Program-made: the position numbers and the translations under genes
In this document: one piece after another, positions 52,337 to 62,948 of the stretch
Layout of the letters: the number at the start of each line of letters is the position of its first letter
Position numbering within the stretch: position 1 is the stretch's first letter
Notes under the pieces: model-generated
Seen by the model: only the letters and a program-made list of their open reading frames with translations
What the model was told of the DNA's origin: nothing
Databases searched by the model: none
NCBI GenBank assembly: GCA_963798845.1
Contig: CAWCUS010000006.1
Location: 768,001 to 832,000 of the forward strand
From: an uncultured Gemmatimonadales bacterium
GTDB taxonomy: Bacteria; Gemmatimonadota; Gemmatimonadetes; Longimicrobiales; RSA9
Direction of reading: 5' to 3'
DNA: 64,000 nt

Positions 52337-53049
52337 CAGGTACCATAAAGCGCTGGACAGTCCTTGCCGCCGTCGCAGGTTTCATCGCGCTGCCGGGCAC
52401 AGCGGCGGCCCAGGTGCCGTTCCCCGACGGCAGCGGCGCGGATCTCGGCTTCGCGCGCAACCTCGTGGCCACGGGGCCCGAGGTCTTCGTCCAGTATCTC
52501 GGCTACAGCGCCGACTACAACGACGTCACCTACCTGTACTACGGTGGCGTGCTGTACCCGCTGTTCAACAATCATTCGAGCCCCGTGGGTACTGTTTTCC
52601 GGCTGAACGACGTGATCGAGGCCGCGACGTCGAACCCCTTCACGTTCGACAAATGGGACCGGCTGGTCTTTGCGGCCCACGTGGAGTCCACGACGACGAG
52701 GTGGGCACACGCGGCCGACCAGAACCAGTGGTACTTCACGGACGACCCGTCGTCGAATCCGGACGGCCTGGACCACGCGAAGCTCGCCACCTACGCCGGC
52801 ATCGGGTGGTACGCGCCTCCTGTGGGCTCCCTGACGGGGGCCGCGGGAACCCGGACCTTCGATAGGCAGTTGGGCTTCGAGGACCTGTACGGCGGCGGCG
52901 ACCGCGACTACAACGACGTCGTGTTCGCCGCCGAGGGTGTGGGCGTGGTGCCCGAGCCGTCCTCCATTCTGCTCCTCGCCACCGGTCTCCTCGGGCTCCT
53001 GGGCTTCGCCGCCCTGAAGCGCCGCCGGCGCAGCGAGGCGCGGGTCTGA
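52333..53049 (+). CDS. PEP-CTERM sorting-domain protein with DUF4114-like motif
   Basis: Signal peptide; GFEDLYGGGDRDYNDVVF; VPEPSSILLLATGLLGLLGFAALKRRRR. Confidence 0.95.
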   Translation: MTGTIKRWTVLAAVAGFIALPGTAAAQVPFPDGSGADLGFARNLVATGPEVFVQYLGYSADYNDVTYLYYGGVLYPLFNNHSSPVGTVFRLNDVIEAATSNPFTFDKWDRLVFAAHVESTTTRWAHAADQNQWYFTDDPSSNPDGLDHAKLATYAGIGWYAPPVGSLTGAAGTRTFDRQLGFEDLYGGGDRDYNDVVFAAEGVGVVPEPSSILLLATGLLGLLGFAALKRRRRSEARV

Positions 53050-53182
53050 GGGTCGTCGGGATCGCTTTCAGGATGACGTAGCTCCGCCCGAGCGAGTCGA
53101 CCGGATCGGACGGGCGGCGGAGGGACCCCGGGTTTCTCCGCCGCCCGTTTCGGATGGTGGTGCCGGCGAATGATCGGAGGCC

Positions 53183-53211
53183 GTGCCTTTCCAGCGCGGC
53201 GCCACTATAAT
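53183..53211 (+). promoter_or_regulatory. Sigma70-type promoter (GTGCCT-N17-TATAAT)
   Basis: Perfect TATAAT at 53206-53211 upstream of the GT2 operon; weak -35. Confidence 0.5.
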
Positions 53212-53368
53212 CAACGGGTGAACTGACACGGCGCCGAACCTCTCCCCGACGGCGCCGGAGCCATCACGGATCGCCAGACCTGCACGTGTTCCACTCCTTC
53301 CACTCCGCGCTGGCGCGGGTGCGTGAATCAACGCGGGCAATGCAACGGATGTCCAGCTTGATGGACCG

Positions 53369-54322
53369 GTGATGGTGCGAGTCGGAAGTACGCCGTCGAT
53401 ATCGGTGGTGGTCCCCGTCTTCAACGAGGAGGGCAACGTCGGCCCGCTGGTGGAGGCGGTCCGTTCCGCGCTCGCGGGCGAGGATGCGTGGGAGCTGGTG
53501 CTGGTGGACGACGGCAGCAGCGACGCCACGGCGTCGCGTGCCCGGGAAGCGGCGGCGTCGGACCCGCGGGTCCGCCTGGTCCGCCTGGCGGCCAACTTCG
53601 GACAGACGCCGGCGATCCAGGCCGGCTTCGAGCACGCCCGAGGACGGGTGGTGGTGACCATGGACGGCGACCTGCAGAACGACCCGCTGGACATCCCCTC
53701 GCTGCTGGAGAAGCTCGATGAGGGCTACGACCTCGTCGCGGGCTACCGGGTGGACCGGAAGGACGCGGCCCTGAAGCGCAAGTTGCCATCGTGGGTGGCC
53801 AACAGGATCATCCGTCGGATCACGGGCGTCTCGATCCGCGACAACGGTTGCTCTCTGAAGGCGTACCGCGCCGACCTGCTCCAGCGGATGCACCTCTATT
53901 CGGACATGCACCGCTTCATCCCTGCCGTGGCCGCCGGAACGGCCGGGGCCCGGATCGCCGAGGTGCCGGTGCGGCACCATCCCCGCCTGCATGGAGCGAG
54001 CAAGTACGGGCTGACCCGCGTGGCGAAGGTCCTGGCCGATCTCCTGACCATCCTCATGGTGCGCTCCTTCCGGGAGCGCCCGCTCATGCTGTTCGGCGCC
54101 GCCGCGCTCGTCAGCATGGCTGTGGCGCTGGTCATCCTCGCGATCATGATCGTCGCCGCGTCTGGGCCTGTCGGCGTTCCCGGCTACGTGCTTCCCGGCA
54201 CCGCGCTGCTGTTCGTGTTCCTCACCACGTACCTGCTCCTGGTGGGGCTCGTCTCGGAGATCGCGGTAGCCGAGATGCGGGACGCCTCGGCCGGTGACAT
54301 CCTTCTCCGGGAGGTCGTGTGA
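53369..54322 (+). CDS. GT2 polyprenol-phosphate glycosyltransferase (ArnC/GtrB-like)
   Basis: SVVVPVFNEE, VDDGSSD, NFGQTPA, MDGDLQND, MHRFIP, two C-terminal TMs. Confidence 0.92.
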   Translation: MMVRVGSTPSISVVVPVFNEEGNVGPLVEAVRSALAGEDAWELVLVDDGSSDATASRAREAAASDPRVRLVRLAANFGQTPAIQAGFEHARGRVVVTMDGDLQNDPLDIPSLLEKLDEGYDLVAGYRVDRKDAALKRKLPSWVANRIIRRITGVSIRDNGCSLKAYRADLLQRMHLYSDMHRFIPAVAAGTAGARIAEVPVRHHPRLHGASKYGLTRVAKVLADLLTILMVRSFRERPLMLFGAAALVSMAVALVILAIMIVAASGPVGVPGYVLPGTALLFVFLTTYLLLVGLVSEIAVAEMRDASAGDILLREVV

Positions 54323-55311
54323 CCACGTTCGCGGCGGCCCCGGAGGCTTCGACCAGCGGGCCGGGCGCGGCTCCGGGGCAGGTGACCGTGGCCGTGGTGG
54401 TGGCCATCTCCGAGCGCCCCCAGCGGCTGGAGGCGCTCTATGATGGCGCGCGCCATGCCTTCGAGGGCAGGGCGTGGAACGTGGAGTTCGTCCTCGTCGG
54501 CGAGCCGTGGGCGCGGGATCTCCTGGAACCGTTGCGGGAACAACGGGATGCGGGCGAGCCGTTGCGGCTCTTCCTGGCCGGACAGGCGGTGGGGGAGACC
54601 GCGCTCGTCCGCGCCGGCGCCACCCTGGTCAACGCCGACGTCGTGGTGATCATGCCCGCCTACCATCGGGTGGCGCTGTCGGTCCTGCCGGAGCTCGTGC
54701 AGCGGGTCCTCGACGGGGCCGACATGGCGGTTGCGCGGCGCTGGCCGCGCCACGACAGCTTTGCAAACCGCCTCCAGACACGCGGGTTCCACGCGCTGCT
54801 GCGTGGCCTCACCGGCTCGAGTCTCTCCGACGTCGCCTCCGGGGTTCGGGCGATGCGGCCCGCGCTCCTGGAAGAGGTTCCGATGTACGGCGACTTCGGC
54901 CGGTTCCTCCCCGTGCTGGCGCAGCGTAGCGGCTACAGGGTCGTGGAAGTGGATGCCGAGCAGCACGAGCTCGATCGGCCCACGCGCGTCCACTCGCCAG
55001 GCGTCTACCTGCGCCGGCTGCTGGACGTGCTTGGCCTCTTCTTCCTGACGCGGTTCACCGAAAAGCCGCTCCGCTTCTTCGGTCTCCTCGGGAGCTCCGC
55101 GTCCGGGGCCGGGTTCGCCGTGCTTCTCGTCCTGCTCTTCCAGAAGGTCCTGGGCAAGGGCATCGCCGACCGCCCCATGCTCCTCCTCGGCGTCCTGCTG
55201 GTGGTCGTCGGGATCCAGGCGGTGGCGCTCGGGCTCGTGGGCGAGATCATCGTCCATCTGCACGCGGGACGGCACAAGCCCTACCGCGTCTGGGATCTCG
55301 ACGCCGATTGA
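54319..55311 (+). CDS. Degenerate ArnC/GtrB-like GT2 paralogue
   Basis: Same C-terminal architecture (YGDFGRFLP, KPLRFFG, two TMs, GLVGEII), but VDDG reads VGEP and MDGD reads MPAY. Confidence 0.8.
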   Translation: MTTFAAAPEASTSGPGAAPGQVTVAVVVAISERPQRLEALYDGARHAFEGRAWNVEFVLVGEPWARDLLEPLREQRDAGEPLRLFLAGQAVGETALVRAGATLVNADVVVIMPAYHRVALSVLPELVQRVLDGADMAVARRWPRHDSFANRLQTRGFHALLRGLTGSSLSDVASGVRAMRPALLEEVPMYGDFGRFLPVLAQRSGYRVVEVDAEQHELDRPTRVHSPGVYLRRLLDVLGLFFLTRFTEKPLRFFGLLGSSASGAGFAVLLVLLFQKVLGKGIADRPMLLLGVLLVVVGIQAVALGLVGEIIVHLHAGRHKPYRVWDLDAD

Positions 55312-55409
55312 TGGGCCCTCGTCGGCGTGCCGCCTCCCGAAGAAGCGTGAGGGCGTCCCCGAGGAACGCTCGGCCCCCGGAGCTCGGCCCCGGAGGGCCG
55401 CGCGAGCCC

Positions 55410-56307
55410 GTGGTGATCCGGAGTGCGGGAAAGGCGGTGGCGGAGTTCCTGCTCACGGCCGGTGGTGCGGCTGCGCTGGGCCGCCACCGGGTGAGGGATC
55501 GGGTCGCCGATACTGGCCTATCACAACGTCGTACGCGACCACGAATCCGGGAGAGGGGACGCGAGTCTTCACCTCCCGTTGTCGGGATTCCTGGCGCAGC
55601 TGGCGGCGCTCCGCCGCACGCACGACATCGTGCCGCTGGAGGCTGCCCTGGCGCCGAGGACCGAGCCGAAGCCCCGCGCGGTGATCACTTTCGACGACGC
55701 GTACCGCGGCGCCGTGACGCTGGCACTGCCGGTCCTCGCGCGTGAACATGTGCCCGCGACCGTCTTCGTGTCGCCGGGCCTGCTCGGGGACGAGAGTGTC
55801 TGGTGGGATGAGCTGGCCGAGGCGGGTCGCCTCACGGAGCAGAACCGGACGGAAGCAATGTTCGAACACCATGGGCGGGCTGCGGAAGTGCGGGCCTCGG
55901 CGCTCGGTGGCGCGCGTCGCCCGGCGCTCCCCCGGTCCTACGGAGTTTCCACCATGGAAGAGCTGTCGGAGCAGACTACCGAAGGCATCGCCGTGGCGGC
56001 GCACGGCTGGGACCACGCGTGCCTCCCATCGCTCGACGCCGAAGCCCTGCGGACCGACCTGGCCGACACGCTCGCCTGGGTGCGAGGGTATCCGGGCGGG
56101 TCGGTGCCGTGGCTGGCGCTGCCCTACGGTGAGGGGAGCCCGACCGTGTCCGCACTTGCCCTCGATCTGGGGTACGAAGGGGTGCTCGAAATCCGCGGCG
56201 GCCTCTGGAATCCTGGTGCAGCGCGGTCGTCCGTCCCGCGCGTGAACGTGCCGGCAGGGCTGTCCAGACGCGGCCTGGCGCTCCGCACGAGCGGACTCCG
56301 TTCCTGA
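55410..56307 (+). CDS. Polysaccharide deacetylase (CE4), frameshift near 55505
   Basis: ILAYHNV, VITFDDAY, PATVFV, AHGWDH, LALPYG. Confidence 0.85.
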
Positions 56308-56374
56308 GAGGCGAGCGTTGAGGCCCGGCATCGGACGCCGGGAAGCACGCACACCGGGGGCGCTGCACAGACGC

Positions 56375-57567
56375 GTGACGAACGTGCTCCACTTGATCGA
56401 CACCGCCGGCCCCGGCGGGGCCGAGACCATATTCGTGGACCTCGTTCTGGGACTTCCCCGCGAGCGCTACCGACCGATGCCGGTCCTGCACAAAGCGCGG
56501 CTGGCTTCTGGATCGCCTCCGCTCCGCGGATGTCGAGCCGATTGCTGTTTCCAGGGTGCGGAAACGGGTCGCGTCCGCTACATGGCCGCCTGGTGAGAGC
56601 GATCCGACGGTCCGGCGCGGACCTGGTCCACGCTCATCTGCTCGGGTCGGCCGTGTACGGGTCGGTCGCCGCCCGACTCGCCGGGGTCCCGGCGGTCTGC
56701 ACCTTTCACGGCCACGCCGACCTGCCCGCACGGAGATGCCTTCCGCGCCGCGCGCATCGCCCTGCTGAAGCAACGGCGCCCGGCTGGTGTTCGTTTCGGA
56801 GTCGCTGCGCCGGTTCTTCCTCGGAGTCTACGGCGATCGCCGCCGCGGCAACGGAGGTGATCCCGAACGGCGTGAGGCTCGATCGGTTCGAAGGCAGGGC
56901 CCGAGAGGGCGCTGCGCCGGGACCTCGGCCTCCCCGAGGGGACGCTCCTGTTCGGGTCCCTCGGGAATGTCCGCGGTCCGAAAGGTTACGAGTATCTCCT
57001 GCGCGCCGCTGCGCTGCTGCCGGACACCCTGCCACGGTGGCACGTCGCGATCGTCGGCGACACCTCGGGCTCGGTGTTCCCGTCGCTGGACGCGCTGCGT
57101 CGGGAGCTGGGGCTCGAGGATCGGGTCTCTTTCGTCGGCTTCCGCGAGGATGTCCCGGAAGTCCTCGCCAGCTTCGATGTGTTCGTCCTTCCCTCGCTGT
57201 CCGAGGGCTTCTCCCTCGCCACCGTCCAGGCACTCGCCGCCGGACGGCCGGTCGTGGCCACCCGCAGCGGCGGTCCCGAAGAGATGATCGAGGACCTCAT
57301 TTCCGGGCTGCTGGTGGACGCCCGGTGACGCCGCGGCGCTCGCCCGTGCCCTCGAGCGGTTGATCCAGGGAGCCGGAGCTCGGGAACGACTCTCGCCGTC
57401 GCCGGTAGGGCGGCGGTGCGGGACAGGTTCTCCATGGAGTCGATGATCGGCGCCTACACCGAGCTGTACGGCAGGACCCTTCGCGGGCCGCGGCATCCAG
57501 CCCAGGGCACAGCCAAGAACCAGACCGCCTCGCCGCCGGATCGGCGAGAGGTCTACGATCCTTCTGA
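56375..57567 (+). CDS. Glycosyltransferase family 4, multiple frameshifts (end approximate)
   Basis: HLIDTAGPGGAE, DLVHAHL, PNGV, GFREDVPEVL..FDVFVLPSLSEGFSLATVQAL, FSMESMIGAY across several frames. Confidence 0.8.
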
Positions 57568-57574
57568 GTCACGC

Positions 57575-58550
57575 ATGGCAAAACCACACGTCTATTTCGA
57601 CATGCAGTTCGTAGCACCCGACCGCTCTTCGCAGCTCGGCGGGCCGAAGGTGGTCGTGCAGCACGCGGAGATCCTCAACGCTCACGGGATCCCCGCTTCC
57701 ATCACCTTCCAGCGACGCCGTCCGTGGACCCGCTCACGCGACCCGCTCTTCATCCCGAGCGGCGACCTCGCGCGCCGTGTCGGGCCGGACGATCTCGTCG
57801 TGATCCCCGGGCGCCTGGCGGCGAAAGTGGGGTCGGCTCCCGGGTCGCAACAAGGTCATGCTGACCCAGCTCGCCCAGGATACCCTTGCCACGTTCCCGC
57901 CCGACTTCAAGGGGCCGTATCCGTGGCACCAGGAGAGCTTGAGGGCGATCCTTGCGGTCTCGGATCACAACGCCGATCTCATGCGTCTGGCGCAGCCCCA
58001 GTGCCCGGTGCTGGTGACGTACAACCGCATCGAGCTGGACGAGTTCCCGTTCCGCCCATGGAGCGAGAAGCGCGATGTGGTGGTGCTGAACTGGCTGAAG
58101 AGGGAGCGCAAGAACCCTCGCCACATGCGCATGGTCCTCAACCTGCTGCGCTCACGCGCAGAGCGGGCGACCGGCCCATTCGCGGGGTTCCAGGTCCAGG
58201 TCATACAGGGGGTCCCCGACTCCGTGGTCCGGGCCACGCTCAAGGAGGCCAAGCTCCTGCTCTTCCTGAGCAACGACGAGGGGCTCGGGCTTCTGGCGCT
58301 GGAGGCGATCGCCTCCGGCGTGGTCGTGCTCGGCTACGATATCGGGCCCATGGACGAGTTCCTCCCCGCCGCCTACCGACGTCCCTGGGGCGACATCGAA
58401 GGGCTGCTGGAGGTCGCCGAATCCGTGGCGGACCCGTCCCGGAAGGAGGAGTGGAGCGCCAGGACCGTGGAGGCGAGGAAGACGGCGGAGAAGTACTCGC
58501 AGGACCGGCAGGTGGAGTCGGTGCTGTCCGCGTACGGCCAACTCCTCTAA
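57575..58550 (+). CDS. GT4-like glycosyltransferase, frameshift near 57840
   Basis: GGPKVVVQHAEILN; LFLSNDEGLGLLALEAIASG. Confidence 0.75.
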
Positions 58551-58569
58551 TGAGGGAGGAGGGAGTCGG

Positions 58570-60306
58570 GTGACTGAATCGACGGTGTCCCGGACCGCCA
58601 TGCCGAGCCATCGCAACGGGGGGGCGCGATCAGGGCGGCGGTCGTCCGCCATCTGGTGGTCGGTCCAGGGGCTGGCCATCGTCCTGCTCGTGGCCTGGCG
58701 AGGCGTGAGCCTCGGCTCGGACCCGCGGGCGGACTTCATTCCCCAGGATGTCGGATACCACATCGACGAAGGGTACAAGACCCTCAGCCCGAGGAACCTT
58801 GCCCTTTTCCATACCACGCACTGGAACAAGGCTGACGAGTACACCGGCTGGATGCGGCGGAGTCCTCTCACCCAGTGGCCCGACTACCTGAGCTTCAGGG
58901 CCTTCGGCGTCGAGCGGGGAAGCGCACGCGTGGTGACCATCCTTTTCTTCGCCGCGTTCCTGGTAGGCGCCGCAGTGTTCCTGAACCGCCGCGGTCCGCC
59001 GGCCGTGGCGCTCGCCGGCATCCTGCTTCTCGGCCTGGACATGGGGCTGTTCCACTTCTCGAGGGTCGCGATCTTCGAGGTCCCGCTCGCCGCCCTCCTG
59101 TACATCGGCGTGTTCGTCGCGAGCTCCCTGCCGAAGGAAGGGCCGGCTTCCCTGGCCGCGCTGGGCGCCACGGCGATCGTCTGCGCCTTCGGGATCAAGA
59201 AGTCGGCGTTGCTGTATCTGGCGCCACCCATCGGCATCCTGCTGCTGACCCAGGTCCTGGGCGCCGGCGCCGGCGCTCGCGCCCGGAAGGTGGTGGTCGC
59301 GGTCGCGATTCCGGTCGGGCTGATACTGCTGTTCCTGACGAGGGACATCTGGCAGAGCCGGGTCGACGTCAGCGGCGCGATCGAGTCGCCGTCGGGGCTG
59401 CTCTTCAATCCGCTCTACCTGCTGTCGCCGCTGGCGATATCGCTGGCCTACCTCGCTGCACTGGACATCTATTTCCGAATCGGGTGGGCGGAGATCCGGG
59501 AGAACCGCTACCTCCTGACCCTCCTCTCCATGGCCTTCCTCTCGCCTCTGCTTCTGGCGCTGTTCCGCTACAACCCGCCGAGGTACTACCTCGCCGTGGT
59601 GCCGGCCGCGCTCCTGGTGGTCGTCGAATGGCTCCGCTTGTACCCGTCGCGCCTACGCCGCCAGGATTACCACCTTTCACCGCTCCGCCTCGCGGTGGGC
59701 GCCGTCCTCCTCCTGCCGCTCACGGCTTCGCTCTTCGGCTTCGTCGGAAGCCACCTGATCCCCGTGCTCCCCTTCGTTCCGCAGGGAGAGGACCCCGGGA
59801 TCGACTACTCGACGCTGATCGAGTTCTATCCTGTGGTGCTCCTCGCCGCCGTGGTGACCGCGGGAATCCTCGCGCGGGGCCAGTGGCTCAGGCCAGCCGT
59901 GGTGGCCGGCATCGCCGCAGGGATCGCGCTCCAGGTCACCTTCTCCGCCAGCTCGGATTTCCGCGCGACGCGGCGGCCCGCCTACGCCACGGTAGCCGTC
60001 CAGGAGCGGCTCGCGTCGATGGTCGCGGAGGGCGAGTCCGTCGGGGGCGACTGGGCGCCTTATTTCGCTCTCGGGACGACGGTCCCGGCGCTGTTCGTGA
60101 GCAAGGAGCTGAACACCGACAACGTGGCCAGGATCCGGCCCACGTTCTTCCTGGACAGCCAGACAGTCTGGGACGACAAGACGCTCGCCATGCTGCAGGC
60201 TGATCCGGCGATCGACGTTGGCGAGCCGGTACCTCTCGGCACGGTTTTCGGCAGGGAGATCGAGCTGCGCCGCCTGTCGTACGGCGCGACCGGGGGTCCC
60301 GACTGA
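58570..60306 (+). CDS. GT-C fold (ArnT/PMT-like) membrane glycosyltransferase
   Basis: First external loop IDEGY, about 12 TMs, SRVAIFE, PPRYYL, soluble C-terminal domain. Confidence 0.7.
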   Translation: MTESTVSRTAMPSHRNGGARSGRRSSAIWWSVQGLAIVLLVAWRGVSLGSDPRADFIPQDVGYHIDEGYKTLSPRNLALFHTTHWNKADEYTGWMRRSPLTQWPDYLSFRAFGVERGSARVVTILFFAAFLVGAAVFLNRRGPPAVALAGILLLGLDMGLFHFSRVAIFEVPLAALLYIGVFVASSLPKEGPASLAALGATAIVCAFGIKKSALLYLAPPIGILLLTQVLGAGAGARARKVVVAVAIPVGLILLFLTRDIWQSRVDVSGAIESPSGLLFNPLYLLSPLAISLAYLAALDIYFRIGWAEIRENRYLLTLLSMAFLSPLLLALFRYNPPRYYLAVVPAALLVVVEWLRLYPSRLRRQDYHLSPLRLAVGAVLLLPLTASLFGFVGSHLIPVLPFVPQGEDPGIDYSTLIEFYPVVLLAAVVTAGILARGQWLRPAVVAGIAAGIALQVTFSASSDFRATRRPAYATVAVQERLASMVAEGESVGGDWAPYFALGTTVPALFVSKELNTDNVARIRPTFFLDSQTVWDDKTLAMLQADPAIDVGEPVPLGTVFGREIELRRLSYGATGGPD

Positions 60307-60442
60307 CCCCGCCATGCGGCCTCCCGGCGTGGCACGACCGGGTGCGGGACCGCCTTTCAGCCGCCGGGCGCGGCCTCTACCGGCTGGTACGGGACCCGGT
60401 TAGCTTGAACGATTACGACCCGAATATGACGCTGCGTCGCAC

Positions 60443-61744
60443 ATGAGTTCCACCACGTATCCGATCGGCCCCCAGCCGGTTCCCGCCGTCTATCGCGTGA
60501 ACGTTCGGGCCATATGGCGCTACCTGCTCACGCAGCCGGCGTCGTTCTGGCTCGTGAACTTCTATCTCTTCCTCGAGTACGTCAGGCCCCAGGCAGTCTG
60601 GCCGGTACTGAACATCCTGCCGTGGGCGCAGACCACGCTGATCCTGACCGTCATGGCGCTTCTGCTCGAAGGGAAGATCCCGAGGTTCAAGACGTCGGCG
60701 GGCGGGTTCCTCCTCTTCTTTTCTCTGGTCGTCGTGGCCTCATCGATCACCGCCTACAGTCCGCCGGCGGCCTACAGCGGCTGGGTGCTGTACTTCTCGT
60801 GGGTGCTGATCTACCTGCTGATCACGAACATCATGGTGTCGGAGACGCGGTTCTTCATATTCATGCTCGCGTTTCTGCTGTACTCGTTCAAGATGTCCCA
60901 GCATGGCGTGCAGACCTTCATCGTTCACGGCGGGAGGTTCGTGGATTGGGGGGCGACCGGGGCGCCGGGCTGGTTCCAGAACTCGGGCGAATTCGGGGTC
61001 CAGATGTGCGTGTTCCTGCCCCTGGTGACCGAGTTCACACTGGCTTTCCGCAAACACTGGGCGAAGTGGACGCGCTGGTTTTTCTATGCAGTGCCAGTCA
61101 CGGCCCTGATCAGCATCGTGGCGACCTCCTCTCGCGGCGCCATGGTGGGAGCCGCGGCCGTCGGCATCTGGTGGGTGGCCAGGTCCAAGCACCGCGTTCG
61201 TGGTCTGTTGGCCATTGCAGTATTGGCTGCCATCACCTGGGCAGTGGTGCCGGAAGGGTCCAAAGAGCGGTTCGCGACAGCCGGAGAGGACAATTCGTCG
61301 GTTACGCGCATGGATCGGTGGGAGGACGGTCTCGAGCTGGCTCGCCAGTATCCGGTCCTCGGCATCGGATACAACAACTGGTACACGTATTTCAACGGTC
61401 ATCTCTCGCACAACATCTTCATTCAGGCGGTCTCGGAGCTCGGCTACACTGGCCTGCTCGCTTTTCTGGCGCTGATCGGCGTGACCTTCTGGACGAATCG
61501 TCGGACTCGTCGATTATTGAAGGACCTGCCCGCGACCACCTCATTCATGAGCCACATGGCATGGGGACTGGATGGGGCGTTGATCGGGTACATCGGCAGT
61601 GGCTTCTTCGTGACGGTGCTGTACTACCCCTACTTCTGGATCAATCTCGCCATGACGGTCTCTCTACATCTGGCAGCCAAGCGGGAGCGACGTCGGTTGA
61701 TGCACGCAGCTGCCATGGTGACGGCGGTCACTGCCGAGACATGA
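60443..61744 (+). CDS. O-antigen ligase/Wzy_C family protein (resembles the exosortase-associated putative O-glycosylation ligase)
   Basis: EYVRPQ, ATSSRGA, RMDRW, PVLGIG, SHNIFIQAVSELG. Confidence 0.85.
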   Translation: MSSTTYPIGPQPVPAVYRVNVRAIWRYLLTQPASFWLVNFYLFLEYVRPQAVWPVLNILPWAQTTLILTVMALLLEGKIPRFKTSAGGFLLFFSLVVVASSITAYSPPAAYSGWVLYFSWVLIYLLITNIMVSETRFFIFMLAFLLYSFKMSQHGVQTFIVHGGRFVDWGATGAPGWFQNSGEFGVQMCVFLPLVTEFTLAFRKHWAKWTRWFFYAVPVTALISIVATSSRGAMVGAAAVGIWWVARSKHRVRGLLAIAVLAAITWAVVPEGSKERFATAGEDNSSVTRMDRWEDGLELARQYPVLGIGYNNWYTYFNGHLSHNIFIQAVSELGYTGLLAFLALIGVTFWTNRRTRRLLKDLPATTSFMSHMAWGLDGALIGYIGSGFFVTVLYYPYFWINLAMTVSLHLAAKRERRRLMHAAAMVTAVTAET

Positions 61745-62948
61745 CCAGTTCATAAACGGTCTGCACCTCATCGGCGTATCGCTCGGCCGAGTAGTGCTCC
61801 CTGGCGCGGGCTGCGGCTCGCCTTCCGAACTCCGCTCTCCGTGACGGGTTCAGCAGAAAGCCTCCAATGGCCTCTGCCAGTGCTTCGGTGTCCGTGGGAT
61901 CCACCAAGAGTCCCGTCGCGCCGGGATCGATGATCTCCGTCGGCCCCCCCGTATTGGCCGCGACTACGGCCGCGCCGGCCGCCATCCCCTCGATGACCGT
62001 CATCCCGAAGGGCTCCGGGATGAGGGAGGCGTGTACCACCACGTCGCACAGCCGCATCAGCGACGGAACGTCCTCCCGGTAGCCGGTGAATATGACGCGC
62101 TCTTCGATGTTCAGGTCGCGCGTCAGCTGGACGAGCCCTTCAAAATACGCTTCCGACCCGTCCGAACGGTCTCCGACGACGAGGGCCACAGCGCCCGCGT
62201 CACGCTCCAGAACGCGCGCCGCCGCGAGTACGAACTCGCGTATCCCCTTCCACCGTATGATCCGGCCGAATATGCCGAAAACCGGCGAGTCGGCGGGGAT
62301 CCCGAGTCCGGCCCGGAGGCGGAGCTGTTCGCCGGGGTCGACGGGGTCCGTAAAGGATTTCAAATCCAGCGCGTCGTGGACCGTATGGACCCGCTCCGCC
62401 GCAACGCCTGCCTTCAGCAGTCGGGAGGACATCACGCCGGAGACGGAGATCCAGCGGTCCACCCATCGCGCGTAGCGCGCTGCGTTTCCGGACGTCCGTT
62501 CCGCCGCTCGGTAGTGACCGACGACCGGCACGCGGAGGAGCTTCCCGGCGAGAAGACCGGGAAGATGTCCCGTGACTCCGTTGTTGAGGTGAACGAGCTG
62601 CACGCGCCTGCGTCGCGCGAAGCGCGCGATGCGGATCATTGCCGGGAGATCCACGAAAAGGAGCCACCAGGCCGCGTAACCCTTCCTCATGGTGCGATTG
62701 AGCCAGGTGGGCTTCAGGGCTTTCAGGCGTTTCATGCCCCGGCCATGCGCCCAGATCACCCGCATCGGTTGGTGGTGCGTCTCGATTCCCGGAAACAGCC
62801 TGTGCAGTACCTCCGGCGGTTGAGCGCTCAGGACCACCGGCTCGTAGCGGTCAGAGTCTAGCGCACCCACGAGATGGGAAAGGGCATGGATCGCCCCCCC
62901 GAACGTGTAAGAGTTATCCAGGTACAGGATCCTGACTCGGTGGGGCAT
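61728..62948 (-). CDS. Glycosyltransferase family 4
   Basis: FGGA, FGRIIRWKG, FTGYREDV, EPFGMTVIEGMAAG. Confidence 0.92.
   Translation of the reverse strand: MPHRVRILYLDNSYTFGGAIHALSHLVGALDSDRYEPVVLSAQPPEVLHRLFPGIETHHQPMRVIWAHGRGMKRLKALKPTWLNRTMRKGYAAWWLLFVDLPAMIRIARFARRRRVQLVHLNNGVTGHLPGLLAGKLLRVPVVGHYRAAERTSGNAARYARWVDRWISVSGVMSSRLLKAGVAAERVHTVHDALDLKSFTDPVDPGEQLRLRAGLGIPADSPVFGIFGRIIRWKGIREFVLAAARVLERDAGAVALVVGDRSDGSEAYFEGLVQLTRDLNIEERVIFTGYREDVPSLMRLCDVVVHASLIPEPFGMTVIEGMAAGAAVVAANTGGPTEIIDPGATGLLVDPTDTEALAEAIGGFLLNPSRRAEFGRRAAARAREHYSAERYADEVQTVYELVMSRQ

Noticed and set aside
57416..58573. Apparent fusion of two glycosyltransferases in one ORF
   Set aside because: Lies in the indel-dense zone; most simply a frameshift artefact.
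60330..60345. Sigma54 promoter TGGCACG...TGC upstream of the ligase
   Set aside because: GG-to-GC spacing is 11, not the required 10. Worth revisiting only if the GGG run is a sequencing error.
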